Part shown: positions 1 to 13,040 of the stretch, in pieces | How positions within the stretch are numbered: the first letter of the stretch is position 1 | Layout: each line of letters begins with the position of its first letter | Assembly: GCF_037042905.1 (NCBI RefSeq) | Contig: NC_087245.1 | Location: 27,590,001-27,654,000 of the forward strand | From: Lytechinus pictus | Lineage: Eukaryota | Reading direction: 5' to 3' | Length of the DNA: 64,000 nucleotides | Translations under genes and position numbers: made by a program | Notes under the pieces: model-generated | What the model was told of the DNA's origin: nothing | What the model saw: the letters and a program-made list of their open reading frames with translations, nothing else | Database searches by the model: none

Positions 1-1860
1 TCAGGCTGTTTGATTTATTGAATTGAGGTCAAGTGTCTACATTCAGCCTTCTTTCGTTTGAATTATTAAAAATCGTCCCTTGTTATGTGTTTGAAGCATT
101 ATTTCAATGTTCTTTTTATTATTTCAATTTCTGAAATGAATGATAAGAGCACCAAGGACCCTTGAAACCCTCATCTTCAATTTTAAGGCAGTGAACAGTT
201 TAAACAAGTCTGGGCAAAAATTAGTATCGGTCAATAGCCTTCTCTTTATTAAATTTTGACAGTACATGTAGGGTCCAATATCATAAGGTATAATGTTTTC
301 TTTTTGTTCAAATGTTGAAAATTTAGTTATTGTGTAATATTTTCAGTGAGAGCAAAAAGAACAAGATGAATTTACAACAAGAATTTTCATCAACAATTTG
401 TTTCTCTTGGGTGGATTACTGCACTTTATGTCTGTCAAATAGAGGAAATTTTTTTTCTGAACCAACTTGAAATAGTTTAAGTTAATCCTCTTCTTTTTTT
501 TAAAGTTTGTTTTCTCCAGTGGAGAATCTGGTTTATCTGAGGATATACCTTAAAGGTTAACAATGGCATGAATTTTCTAAAATGACTTTCATCTCAATTT
601 TTTATCATCAGGGAAATATTAATGTAAAATTGTTTGTTAAAATGTAACTAGATGTGAGAATAAAGATGTGTGTTTTTGTCAGATTATTAAAATGCATTCT
701 TTCAACTTTATTATTGATATTTTCAACACAATATTCATTGGATTTTATATGTGATGTCAATAAAGATCTGTCTTAAGCCTCAAGTTGTCAAGCTTTGATC
801 AAGTACATATTACTTTTCAATTATTAATTATATTTAGAACTCAGTCTACGAGCCTCTTGCAGAGAAAGTTGCAATCAAAGGAAACTAAAAAAATCAAATG
901 CAACTTAGATTTCTTCAAATTCGGGTGTGTATTGTTTTTTTTTTTCTTGATTTTTATATCATTTTTGGCAATGGGACCCATGTTGATTATACAATTCTTA
1001 ATGTAATTTTCTTTGTATTTCAGTTCATAATACAAGAATTATTTGATTTTTGTATATTCTTTAATAGTGCAAAACTCATTCCAAGTTGACATTATTGAAA
1101 TTTACTCCCTCCCCCAAGAAAAAAGCGTTGAAAATCAGAATATCCCCTTTGAGTTACATGTAAGACATGCAATAGGGCCAACGTAGTTTGTATTATGCTG
1201 ATTTTCAACTACATTGTATATTGGTGTTCACTTCGAATATATGAGATGATTCATAGCTTAAGAAAAATTATTATATTATTGGTAAAATCATTATGATGAT
1301 TATAGAATCTTGTAATAGTGAATTTTATCAAACTGGAAGGTTTAGGTCTAAGTTTTCATTTCAGGTTAAGAGTAATTGGATTCTTAGCATTGTTAATAGT
1401 TAGGATGAAATGAATCATCAAGACAGCTCTTAGTGTGATCTCAAGAAAGAAGGCTGAAACCATTTTCAGAAAATGTTTAACCAACTTATAAGTTGATTAA
1501 AATATGAACTGACCAACTGTTGGTTAAAATAAAATTGCAGGCAGGATGAATAGAAAGTTGAACTACTATTTGGTTAGTTTGGATTTTAACCAACTTCGGG
1601 GTCAGTTTAAAAAAAATATGAGACTGTACAAAGAATATTATTCAGTAATTACATCTAGGAAAAGGCAAATGTACCAATCATGATATGAATTGGCAATCTC
1701 TTAACAGAGTTGGAATTTGAGGACAATTCAAAGCATCACACATCAAAACTAAACGGTGTTCAATCACTTCTTGCTTAGTTTATCAGACACATTTAACATG
1801 GCATATTGGGCTGCTCACATATGATATTAAAAAAAAAATGAAACTCGTAATACGTCACAA

Positions 1861-2382
1861 CAGACCTGCCAACCAGTACGTTTTAGCCGTATTTAGTACG
1901 TTTTTGCAACCAAAATACGGCAGTACGTTTTTCTTTGAATTTTTTTTTTTTTTTTAATACTAAATCGTAATTTATTGAGAAAAATAATCTCTATATGTCT
2001 CTATTTCATAAAACGTACACAAATATGGTTATTAGATCAATGTAATTTCAGGTAACTTTTTTTTTTCAATCATTTTGTTAAAACCAGGGTGAAGATATAC
2101 ACATGTTTTAATGTTTGTTTTTTTCATCTGCAAGAGCAGTGCGCATTTTAGCTTGCATGCAGCTTGAGCGCCGCGATGAGCAAGTGCGCCAAGCATTTTA
2201 TTATGAAATACACTTTTTGGGGAAAAATACAGTTTTTTTATCACAGAATACAGTTTTTCATTCCCAGAGGTTGGCAGGTCTGCATATTTATCTCACACGG
2301 AAAAATACTGATTTTTTTTGTCAAAATACTGATTTTGGGGGATAGGAATACTGAAAATGCAAAATACAACTTGGCAGCTCTG
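1861..2382. mobile_element. Non-autonomous TIR DNA transposon (MITE), possibly P-element-like, with two right ends
   Basis: Left end CAGACCTGCCAACC. Perfect inverted copy GGTTGGCAGGTCTG at 2269-2282 and a second TTGGCAGCTCTG at 2371-2382. TCACAA flanks both outer ends (6-bp TSD). Subterminal AATAC/GTAC repeats. Confidence 0.75.
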
Positions 2383-3357
2383 TCACAACTGTTATTCTCT
2401 TATGAGTCTTTGCCAAACTTCCATCAATGATTTTTGCTGATTTTTCTGTTTAATCACTATAACTTCCCGTAATTTTTTTTTTGCTTGTTCATGACATAAT
2501 AGTACCTGTAGCATTTCATGATTTCATGTATTTTCCTCTATATTCTGTAATCTTTGTATGTGTCAGTCTCCGGACTGTTTTACAATGTCTCGAATGCAAT
2601 TTCCAAATTGAATTGAACTGAATAAAAAAAAAGAATTGGAAGCAGCTTTTATATATTTGTTTTAATTCTGAAAAAGAAAATCCAAGGTCTAGGGACAGTT
2701 TAGGGGTATATATATAATAGAATAACGAACATTGAATCTCTTCTGATTCAGTACACGCACAGATATTTATCAATGTTTAACAATCCATAATGTTTTTCCC
2801 CAATATATGGATTGGTTCAAGGGCATTGCGAGGGGCTTTGTGATTTCCTTTTATGAACAAACACTTCGTTGTAGATTTAATCATTTCCTTCTCCTCCTTC
2901 AAGTAGAAAGCTTTCAAGTAGAAATTGGTGACTGACGTCTATTTGTTGCTTGGTTGGGGCAGAGCATTACATCTATAGATTAGTTAAGTTTCACCGCTAA
3001 TGAATTGTAAAATGCTTCCATAAAAATGTATTAAAAGATTTATAAGACAATGTTTTCAAATTATATGTTGAACCATCCAGTTCAACTTTTAGGCCGCGGT
3101 CTAAATCTGTGCTGAAATTATTGCCAGCCAAAAAATTCAAAATTTTGTTAACACTGTATGTTTTTTAAGCTCTTTCATCATGCCACAAATGACAATGGGG
3201 AAGAAAAACTGATACGGTTATTATTCTCAGACAGTTATGAATGACCCGAGTAAGAGATGAGCTTTTAGATCGAACTTGTACTGTTAGAAATGTGTGTCAC
3301 GATTGGCTTTCCATTGTTCAATTACAACTCTAGACTAGAGTTTAAATTAAACCCGAT

Positions 3358-3973
3358 GGCCCGTATTCTGAAGTCAGGTTTAATTTGAACTCTGGTTTAA
3401 AGTTGTGGTTTAACTATGGACAGCCAGTAGTTGCATAAATCTCTAACAATATAGTATAAATGTATCAGCTCATTTTTCGCTCAAATCATTCTTAACTGTT
3501 TCGGAAAGATAAATAAGATAACTTTCTTCACCATTCACGAGTTAGGAAAGAGCACAGTGTGGAGCGTTGTGGCCCAGTGGATTAGTCTCCGGACTTTGAA
3601 ACAGAGGGTTGTGGGTTCGAACCCCAGCCATGGCGTAATTTCCTTCGGCAAGAAATTTATCCACATTGTGCTGCACTCAACCCAGGTGAGGTGAATGGGT
3701 ACCTGGCAGGAATTTATTCCTTGAAATGCGTGTGCGCTGTAATCTTAGTAATTACGGCTGCCAAGCTACAGCTGGGGTAATAATATCCAAGTCCTTTGGA
3801 AGCGCATAGAGACATTATTCATAATCGTGATATGCGCTATACAAGAACTGTTTATTATTATTAAGCATAAGAAACATGCAATGTAAGGAAAATTTTGACA
3901 TGTTTGGCTTTACATAATTTTAGCACAGAGTTAGACCATGGTCTAAGTTAAACCTGACTTGAGAATACGGGCC
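3358..3973. mobile_element. PIF/Harbinger-like MITE (family A) interrupted by a SINE
   Basis: TIR GGCCCGTATTCTGAAGTCAGGTTTAA ... TTAAACCTGACTTGAGAATACGGGCC, with GAT on both sides. Related copies at 7626, 16710 and 23161. Confidence 0.85.
3559..3862 (+). mobile_element. tRNA-derived SINE with CORE-like central domain
   Basis: A-box TGGCCCAGTGG and B-box GGTTCGAACCC. Central CCTTCGGCAAG...TGTGCTGCACTCAACCCAGGTG...AATGGGTACC. 3' tail GCGCTATACAAG...TTATTATTATT. The same head occurs at 48880. Confidence 0.9.
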
Positions 3974-4346
3974 GATATCAGAGTAGGGGCCTACAATGTA
4001 CATGTATCAGACAATCTCTGACAAAAAAATGTGTGTTGAGGTTAAGTCCTTGTATCAGCTAATGAGTATGCAATAGGCTTCTCTAAGAGGCAAGATTATT
4101 GGAAATCATATTGCCAATGTTTTGGTCCTTGAACAATTATCACTAAATTGAAGAATTGATTTATCAAATATGAAGCTTGTTGCAACCGAAAGGTATAGTT
4201 CAACAAAGTTCACGTTGCTTGGTAAGAATTTCGCTGGAATAAATTTTCTGCATTATTTTACATTCCTGAGACTCCTAGAGAAAATAGTCTCAATGGACAA
4301 TTTCACCTGAATACTTGCCAGTCCCATCTATCCAAAAACTGTCCTG

Positions 4347-4527
4347 GTTGGTGTTTCATAAAGCTGTTTGTAAGGTACAAGCAACTTTAGGAACGACTGG
4401 TGATCCTTTCTTGTGGTAAATGATATGCTCTGGATTATCATTGGTGTTGATTTAGTTCTGGAGAAAGGATCGCCAGTTCGTTCATTAAGTCGCTTGTAAC
4501 TTACGAACAGCTTTATGAAACACCCAC
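4347..4527. mobile_element. Short MITE (Harbinger-like) with CTG TSD
   Basis: CTG|GTTGGTGTTTCATAAAGCTGTTTGTAAG ... CTTACGAACAGCTTTATGAAACACCCAC|CTG. Confidence 0.8.
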
Positions 4528-5477
4528 CTGTACTGCTATCCTAGATAAGAGCAGGTACATGAAGGCTGCTCGTAAAGTTCAGCGTGACTTTACGGGCGAC
4601 TTGAATATGTTAACGGGCTAGGTCAGTTATTACAGTTATTACAAATTAGCACGCTATTTCTGATCCGGCAAATTATCCCGATCTGAACAATCACGAGATA
4701 ATTTGTAATGGAGAGGCAATTATCGCGCTAGTTCATACGATTAATCTCGAGATTGCAATCCTAAGTCAAAAAAAAGTTTTGTGCAATAGGTCCCAGGTGT
4801 GGCCGGAGGACACATTTCTCCCAGTGAAAATTCTCCTAAAGACAAATCTCCCAGCCCCCATGGTAGTTTGACCAAGGACCGAGAATGAATTGCGAAGCGA
4901 TAAAAGATAATAGAGAGAAAAATGAGTGGGCTTTCATTAGAATGAAGTGCTTGCTCTTGCCTGTTTCAACTTCAAGGTGTAGCATTAATCTTGTTCGAAT
5001 TTTCTAAATAAACTTTTTTTTTCTGGGGTAGACTTTGCCTCTCAGAATGAAGATGAAATGCAAGATAGTTGCTTCAAGTGTTTTATTTCAGATGTACATG
5101 TATCGTTAGATTGCTTTATCTGTAACATCATTTTTGTAAGGGGTTGGGGGTTAATTTTAGACATTAAACAATACTAGGTTTTTATTTAAAGCACTTTCAA
5201 AAGTATGATATAAAAGATATTGGTTTTGTCAGAATTGAGTTACATATATGTCATTTTGGTGGAAAAATTATACATTTCAGCCACTGTATACTCTGCAGAA
5301 GGGGTTCGCAATTAGTTGTTAAGTGCTGCATTTTGCAGTTTCGCAAATTTGCACACACTAATGCCATCATATTTACACTTTTAGGTACAAATGTGCCCAT
5401 CAAATATCATCAATTTCATGATTAATCCTCTCTATTTCACTGAAATTTTGTATATTAAACCAAAGTTTAAAAGTTAA

Positions 5478-6061
5478 AGGAGAATGAAACCCTTGAAACC
5501 AGCTGAATCCATATCAAAGAGAAAAATCAAAGAAACAAATTGTTGAAAGTTTGAGGAAGATTGAATGAATTATAAGAAAGTTATGAGCATTTGAATGTCG
5601 AGATCACTAATGCCATGTAGATCCTCCAATTGGCAATGCGACCAAGATCTGTGATGTCATACACGTACAACTCCCTCATTACTTTAGTACTTATTTCACT
5701 TATATTCTCACATTTATAGAGTCTATCACAAGGTGAGGTGTTCTCTTTATGAGAGGACAAGTACAGAGGTTTCACAACATTATATCATTGATGAATCGTT
5801 TGTCATATGATTAGAATGAGCAGAAAGAGATGTTTTGGGGTATATTTTCAGTGTCCAAAAGGGGAGAGTTGTTCATCTGTGACATCATAGATCTTGGTCG
5901 CATTGCCAATGGGAAGATCTCCATAGCATTAGTGATCTCGACATTCAAATGCTCATAACTCTTCTATTTCTAGTCCTATTTTACTCAAACTTTTGTTTAT
6001 CTTATTCTTTGATTTTTCTGCTTTCACAAAAGCTAACTTGCTCCAAGAGTTTCATTCTCCT
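5478..6061. mobile_element. Kolobok-like MITE with TTAA TSD
   Basis: TTAA|AGGAGAATGAAAC ... GTTTCATTCTCCT|TTAA, with long imperfect inverted arms. Sister copy at 22435-23011. Confidence 0.85.
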
Positions 6062-7316
6062 TTAAACCGCCTTTTAATGGGGGAAGTTCATACTAAATAG
6101 ATACTTGTTTGTGTCTATCCAGGTGAATATGTGGGATGGACATTCCCTTCCTTATGCAACCTCAAACAAAACCTTTTTTTTAGAATGTAGAAGGAGACAT
6201 TTTTTTTATGATCACAAATTTCAGGGAATAGTTTTCCTGATATCGCATCGCTCTCTGCATTTCTCCACATCTTTTAAGACTGCGGCACAAGCATTCTTTT
6301 GAGTAACATTTTTTTTTTTACATAGGATTGTACAGCTTTTTTAGTTGAGAGCTTTTCTTAAAATGATCATTATTGCTAATCAAACTCTATGAGAAAAATT
6401 ATTCCCCTAATTTGAAGTTCAGATACTTGCATGTATGTTTCCTCATTTTAGGAATGACACTCGCATGTTATAATTCTGATTTTTGTTCTCTGATCCGCTT
6501 AATTTGTCCTTTATTAAATGTTTTTTGTAAGACATGCCTCCAATAATCAATGCATATTGGAAATTTTATTTTTAGTTGTTTACTATCACAATATTACATA
6601 GTTTTAATTATTTCTATGGAATGTCATCAACATATCACCCATATAATTTTATTCCTGTCATACACACGACACGTACATGCTGCCAAATTTGTTTGTATAA
6701 ATGTGTACTCCAACAAATGAGGAGATATCATATTTTCTTTTAGGGAATCCTCAGGCATTGGTTGTTGTTTGTGCTATATTTTGAAGTTTCAGTTGAAAAT
6801 TTGTCAAATGACAATGGGATGCTCACATTTTTATTTTGTTTCCTTTGTAGGCAGTATTAAGTCTACCCCAGTTAAAATGTAGCATAACATATCCTGCAGT
6901 AAAAGGCATTTTAAGAATGAAGTGTAAATATTTATCCTTTAGGTCGCATTTCAACTTAGGCTGATGTGATGAAAATGATTGAAAGTTTGATGTAATGGTG
7001 TGATTTCTAACCATTCATAGAGCCTGCAACAAGCCTAGGGTACTGTTTCATAAAGACTTGTTATGTACATGTAATTGATAACTAATACACAATTTCTGTA
7101 ACAAATGTACTATTAACCAATCTTGAAGGACTGTAGTAGCTTTAAACTGTTATTGCAAATTGGCCCATGTCTATGTGTCTATGGTTGTAAGTTTACTACA
7201 ACTTTGTGAAGCAACAGTACATCCTCTTTGTTGCAAAGTGAAGCAAAGCACTGTCCAATTATAATATCGTTATTAAATGATCAATATTCATTTGTTATTA
7301 TTCGTTCTCTTTGCAG

Positions 7317-7463
7317 GCATTCAATCTTCATTTAGGTGACAATGATCGTGTGAAGTTGCTGTTACTGTATACTGGTGAAGAAGATCCAGGTTTAGTGAAA
7401 GCCGCCTCAGGAACCCTCGCTATCCTGTCCTCTCATAATGAAGTCTGTGACAAGATATTTAAG
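7317..7463 (+). CDS. unc45: unc-45 myosin chaperone (UCS/armadillo domain), penultimate coding exon
   Basis: Acceptor ttctctttgcag| and donor AAG|gtaaat. 147 nt, phase 0: AFNLHLGDNDRVKLLLLYTGEEDPGLVKAASGTLAILSSHNEVCDKIFK. Resembles the UNC-45 segment NDRLKLLVLYSGEDD..L.RAAAG.LAML. Confidence 0.93.
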
Positions 7464-7625
7464 GTAAATTAGCCACATTTTTATGTATTTTGAATTCAAC
7501 AGCTTTTGAAGGAAAATACATTTTGAACCCCAAATCAGCATGGAATTATTTGATATCATACAATATCAAAAGTGAAAGATGTACCGGTATGTTCCCAACC
7601 GTTTCCAAGCAACTTAGTTCTCTAA

Positions 7626-8116
7626 GACCTGTATTAAGAACTTGGGTTTAATTCAAAGATTTAGGGGGTGTTTCACAAAGGTTAAGTATGACTTAAAGTC
7701 GCACTTAAATGCCTAGTTGCATGTGTTATTAAAGGCATGACTGCATTGGTCAGGTCATGCCAAGAGGACGCGCACTAGCGCGTATTGATCAATAAGATTG
7801 TGCATTGCATTTCACGTATGCGTCAGCATGTAAGTGCGACTTTATGTCATACTTAAATTTTTGTGAAACACCCCCTGGTGTAAAGTTGTGACTTTAGTAT
7901 GGATAGCCATTTCAGGTCAAATTTATCAGCTCACCTGTTATTCAGAACATTCAGAACTGTCTTGGACTAAATAACTGAATAAGTGTAATCCCCATGTTAA
8001 CCATGTTTGCCATGTTACAATGTTAAAACAATTTTGACAATTTTGGCTTTCCATAATTATAGCAGAGTTAGATCATGGCATATAATGTAAGTTAAGCAGA
8101 CTTCAGAATACAGGTC
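7626..8116. mobile_element. PIF/Harbinger-like MITE (family A variant) containing another MITE
   Basis: TAA|GACCTGTATT ... AATACAGGTC|TAA. The interior aligns by eye with the 3358-3973 copy. Confidence 0.75.
7665..7874. mobile_element. MITE nested in the family A element
   Basis: TIR GGGGTGTTTCACAAAG..TTAAGTATGACTTAAAGTCGCACTTA / TAAGTGCGACTTTATGTCATACTTAA..TTTGTGAAACACCCC. Inserted at the CTG site of the host element. Confidence 0.85.
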
Positions 8117-10071
8117 TAAACGTCTGTTGCTTGCTTGGCAGATCATTGTGAATTATCAAGGAAGCATCAGCAATGGCACATCGTTAGCTTTATGTCCAAA
8201 TATTTATGTGTGAAAGGAAAATGCGATATCATGAATGTCACTGTGTGTGCACATTAATTGAAATCTTGGCACAAAATCACACAAAGTGGATGTGTCATTG
8301 CCATCAATAAGCCTGTCAAAGTTCATAGTGGAGGAACATACTCAACATCATCATATTGGGCTTCCATGTGTTTACTCTTGGTGTATCGATGTCACCTTGA
8401 ATTATGCTCATATTACTGATGGAATTGTGATTTTGTTTCGCCAGTCGGACCATCAATCACCTCAAAACTTTGTCATCCTCTTCAAGAAACCCTATGAGTC
8501 TGGGAATGGGGGAAAACCGATCCCATTTTCATTACAGAAAACGAGCTTGTGGTGTCTAGCATTTCACTTGGAACGAGACAATGAAAGATTTAATTGACGG
8601 AAATTAGGAAGATATTTATATCTTTTAACATGCAGTGTCACGTGTAAGTGCTTTTCACTGTTAAGTCGCCTTTCTGGGGCTTCTAAGGGTGTATTAATGC
8701 TTTGAAAAAAATATAAGTGAAAATGAATGTTTTGAAATGCACATACATTGTATTCATTCAAATAAACATTCTATTTTCCAAAATATCATTTTTTCAACAT
8801 AAATCATACAGACTCATTTGTCATAGAAGAATATAATTATATGACATGTTTGCTTACAGAAGAAAGTGTAATTCCCTAAAAGCAATTAGTTGTGCCAGGA
8901 AAATGCCATTGACAGAATACAATATATACCATACAAGAAAGTAAGTATGGCTACAAAAGGGACAAGAGAAGTAAGGAAGGGATTAAGGGAAATATAATGG
9001 AAGTTCTGTCTATGCTCAACTTTTACAGGCTTCAAAGACTTAAATGTAAGGAATATAGAGAACCCATTTTGTGTGATATTTTTTGGAGAATATGAAACAA
9101 TCATACATAGTAGTTGCCAATTAACCCAAATACTGTTAAAACACTATCCCAAGAAGGAAATATACATTTTCTGAAAGCATAGATTGCAAAAAAGAAGCTT
9201 TTTTGTGAATCTAGTTTTAAGTCAGGTTTGTATGAAACTGAGATATAAGATGTTTTGAGTTTTACTGTACATGTTGGAGTACAGAAGTTACAAAAAGTCC
9301 TCAAATTGATTGTAAAGTGAAATGTGTGGTCAATCATACATGCTTGTGATAGGAGGCCTTGGTGAAAGATTGATAACTTGAATAACATCAAAATGAATGT
9401 TTTAGTTTCAGACTTAAACATTCAAGTATAATCATAAGAGTTTTTTTCATTCACCTGTTTGTGGCTAGGGATTTATGATGATGATTAATCATTAATTTTC
9501 CCAAAATCTTGCAAGAAACTTCATCCTTCCTGTATTTAGTGATTAAGATATGCAGGTGGACAACTACATCTTGGTTCTTCCCATATTTCCACTTCATTGG
9601 GTGATGCATTTAAAGTCATTGAACCCCATTCTAATCAGTAGGGATGTCACACAATCTATTTATCACCTTTGTGATGGAATAAAATCTAATCAGTAGAACT
9701 ATATGAATGAGACTCCAGGGAACGTGTAGTGTTTAAATGAGGTTTGTAATCGTGTATTATGTTGCGTACACTTTAGTCAACCAATCTCTTAGTATTACCG
9801 CAAATGAGTGACATTGCAGTAAGGGCGCAACTTGCTGTCATCAGCATCATGTATTGTGATACACCCATAGCTATAGAGACATTTTTTTTCTCAATATCAT
9901 TGATTAACAAAATTTTAAAACATTCAACACATATTTTGTGCTCTGTAACTGCTGAAAAACTTGAAATGATATAAAATTTGAATATTTTCACTATTTTTTT
10001 AATTTGTATATCAAAGTGTTTTCAATCTTGTATTTTCAATGAGTATATTTTTTTATTTTGAATTGTTGCAG

Positions 10072-10326
10072 GTAAATGCCTGGTTAGAGCTCCTGCAAGG
10101 CATCTGTGTGCAACCGGACAAGGACATCCAGTTCCGAGGGGTTCACATCGTGGCTCAAATTATAGAAAGCAATGAGGAGAATGCTAAGAAGATAGTAGAG
10201 ACCAACCTGCTGGAAGTCCTTATGGCTCTGACCAAAGATGCTAGTCCACAGAACAAGAGGATTGCAACAAGGGCGGAGGAAGCGCTTGATCAGGCAAGGG
10301 AATGGGGTCTCATTCAACGGGCCTAG
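10072..10326 (+). CDS. unc45: unc-45 myosin chaperone, terminal coding exon
   Basis: Acceptor ttgttgcag|, phase 0, in frame with the previous exon. VNAWLELLQGICVQPDKDIQFRGVHIVAQIIESNEENAKKIVETNLLEVLMALTK...AEEALDQAREWGLIQRA* resembles the UNC-45 C-terminus (WLEIL..L...LQHRG...YGLI). Confidence 0.93.
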   Translation, partial: VNAWLELLQGICVQPDKDIQFRGVHIVAQIIESNEENAKKIVETNLLEVLMALTKDASPQNKRIATRAEEALDQAREWGLIQRA

Positions 10327-10904
10327 TGCCTTGTAAAGTGCAAAAGTTTTGAGAATTAGGGGGCTCTCTTTGACCGTCTGAACTCAATTTGATTTCATAT
10401 TCATTCGTCTTCCATTTTAATCATAGTGATTAAAGGATTAAGAATATCAAAAGCAACTATTTAGTCTTGAACCCTGAATAATTTCACCAGAAAATCATTA
10501 TTTATTGCTACAAAAAAATCAAACATATTAAACTGGAAACATTTTTCTGATATCATTTCTTTTATACATAAATCTATCAGATTGATCTCCCCTTAAGTGA
10601 ATGATGAATTTTCACTATCTTTAAATGGGAATCCAACCTTGGTCATCAAAAGTGATATGTTTGAAAATAGAAAAATCAGAAAATCAGAATGGTGAAAGTT
10701 TGTAAGAAATCAGACAAGCAATAACAAAGTTATGGCTGCTTTAAAACTGAGATCCCAGAGATTATGTAAATTCAAATTGGCAACTGGGTAAGTAAATTAT
10801 GACAAAGGGCATTGACAGCTTTCCCATAGGCCATGTACTTAATTATCAAGATGATTTCTCCTGAGTACCTATTCCCCTGGGGCAGAAATCAAAATATAAC
10901 CCAG

Positions 10905-13040
10905 GTTGTTGTTGTTGTTTTTATTTCTGTAAGATTGAAAATATCATACAATATTACAAATAGAATGTACAGTATATACAAATAAGATAAAATTATGGCT
11001 GGTAGCCCATATTCAGCCGGGCTATTCCACGGTTACTCACGTTACATTTGAAGACACCTTGACTCATACTTGGAGCTGTAACTCCATTATTATTGATAGG
11101 AACTAAACATCTCTTTATCACAACATAGTACGCAATCTGACTATCCTTTGTATAAAAACAAAACTTGGGAAATTTCATTATGCTCCTGGCAAATCTTTGA
11201 AATGTGTCGGTTACTCATGTTACATGATTTGGACATGCATAAAATGAAAAGTGGACATAAGTGAAAAGTGTCCTCATGCAAGGCTTTTATGAAAGTTGAT
11301 TATATCCATTTTAAAGAAGTATATTAGGGAGACAAATTTGTATGTAATTAAAAAAATAAAGAACACATGGTTTTTACTAGGGGTGCAGATAAAGTGGTTA
11401 CTCACGTTACGGTTCAGATGGGCTATATGTACAAAGACACATTGAGCTCATGTCCACCAACCTATGGAATTGCCCAGCTGCATTTATAATTGTTACTGCT
11501 GGTCTTTCATGGGGCCAGTGCCATGTAAGACAATTAATACGACAAATCATAAAATGAAATATAATCCATTGATAATGAGATAACGAATTAGAAAACAGAA
11601 CTTAAACAAAACAAAGTAAAACATATATGAATAGAAAAAAAATATATATATAAACATAAACAAGAGGTACATGTGTACAACTTACTAAAATCTACAGTGT
11701 GTAAAGTTCATGAAGGTGATTTTTAAAGTTAGTTAGAGTGGGAAGTTTACGCAGATTAGTGGGTAATTTATTATATTCTGAGGAAGCTCTGTACATGAAT
11801 GTTCTTTTACAATAATTTGAATCTGGATTAGGTAATGAAAGCATGTTAAAGTTTCAGAGGGAATATGGCAGAGATCTAAAACCGTCTGTCTTTCAAATAT
11901 TCTGGGGTCAAGTTAGTTAATACTTTATAAATGAAGAGTAGGAGATGTATTTTTTGCCTGTGAACTAGAGTTTGCCAGTCAAGGTGGCTGTGAATTTGGT
12001 TCGTAGAAGTATTAGAGTATTGGTTAACATTGGTTATTATCCGTCCAGCCCTGTTTTGGATTTTCTGCAGTTGTGATAAACATTTTTTGCTGGTAGACTG
12101 CCGAATTACATCTCCATAATCAAAATGGGGTAAGAAGATACATTTATATATCAATTTATTAAGTTCAGACATGTTTACATACTGTCTTAATCTGCCTAAA
12201 TAATTTACCATTTTACTAATCTTGCTACACATCTTTTCAATGTGAACATTGTAATTTATCATCTACATGAATACCAAGATATCCAAAGCTATTCACTTCA
12301 GACAACTGCTGATCTTTAATTTTTATATTCAAAAGTGTTTTTAGCATGTTGCCTGTTCCAAGTAACATGCATACAGATTTGTCTTAATTGATCTTTAGAT
12401 TGTTATTATTCATCCATATTACCAGGCCTTTTATAAACTCTTTATTTAGGGCATTTTCTAAAACTTCAGGATTTTTATATGAATAATGAATGAGTGTGTC
12501 ATCTGCATAAAGATGAACTTTGCACTCCTCGAAAGCAAAATGTATGTCATTTATGAAAATGATGAACAACAGCGGTCGCAGTAAAGAACCTTGTGGTGCA
12601 CCTTTCGTAATCGCCTTTTCTTCAGAAAGTACATTATTGATACAATTTCTAAATTTTCTGTTGGATAAATAGTTTGTAAACCATTGTAATTCTTTATCCT
12701 TGACACCAATAGACTAAAGCTTAGAAATAAGAAGTAAGTGATCGACCATGTCAAACGCTTTTTGCAAATCTAAGAAAATAGTGCCAACATCGGAGCCACT
12801 ATCTATTTTGTTGAACCAGTCATCTGTTACTGTGGCTAGTGTGGTTACAGTGGAGTGTTTTGGTTGAAATCCCAACTAATTTTGGCAAAGCAAGAAATGC
12901 ATCTTCAAATAATTCAGTAACTTTTTTGAACTATTCTTTCCAAAACTTTAGAGGCACAAGGCAACAATAAAGTCGGCCTGCAGTTTATATTATAATCTTA
13001 TTTGTCTCCCTTTTTGTGTAGTATGGGTATTACTTTGTTT
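10905..13040 (-). mobile_element. 5'-truncated, decayed non-LTR retrotransposon (CR1/L2 group, Crack/L2-like); reverse transcriptase remnant at about 11692-13040
   Basis: Frameshifted minus-strand peptides KVIPILHKKGDK, GAPQGSLLRPLLFIIFINDI...LYADDT, LIYKCIFLPHFDYGDVI...LQKIQNRAGRII and KRTFMYRASSEYNKLP...FKNHL. T-rich 3' UTR, then AATAAA (10925-10920) and an (AAC)n tail. Confidence 0.9.
11019..11475. mobile_element. MITE inserted in the LINE 3' UTR (superfamily uncertain, possibly Sola2-like)
   Basis: TIR GGGCTATTCCA ... TGGAATTGCCC, flanks AGCC/AGCT. Three internal copies of GGTTACTCAYGTTAC. Confidence 0.7.

Noticed and set aside
3559-3635. tRNA gene calls at SINE heads (3559, 39151, 39677, 48880, 59425)
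   Set aside because: Each continues into a SINE body and tail, and none shows a complete cloverleaf with a clean acceptor stem.
8286-8597. 103-aa intronic ORF
   Set aside because: Non-ATG start, no similarity to UNC-45, and the two flanking exons already join in frame.
10039-10071. ATG start of ORF 10039-10326
   Set aside because: The first 11 codons are the intronic acceptor tract. The exon starts at 10072.
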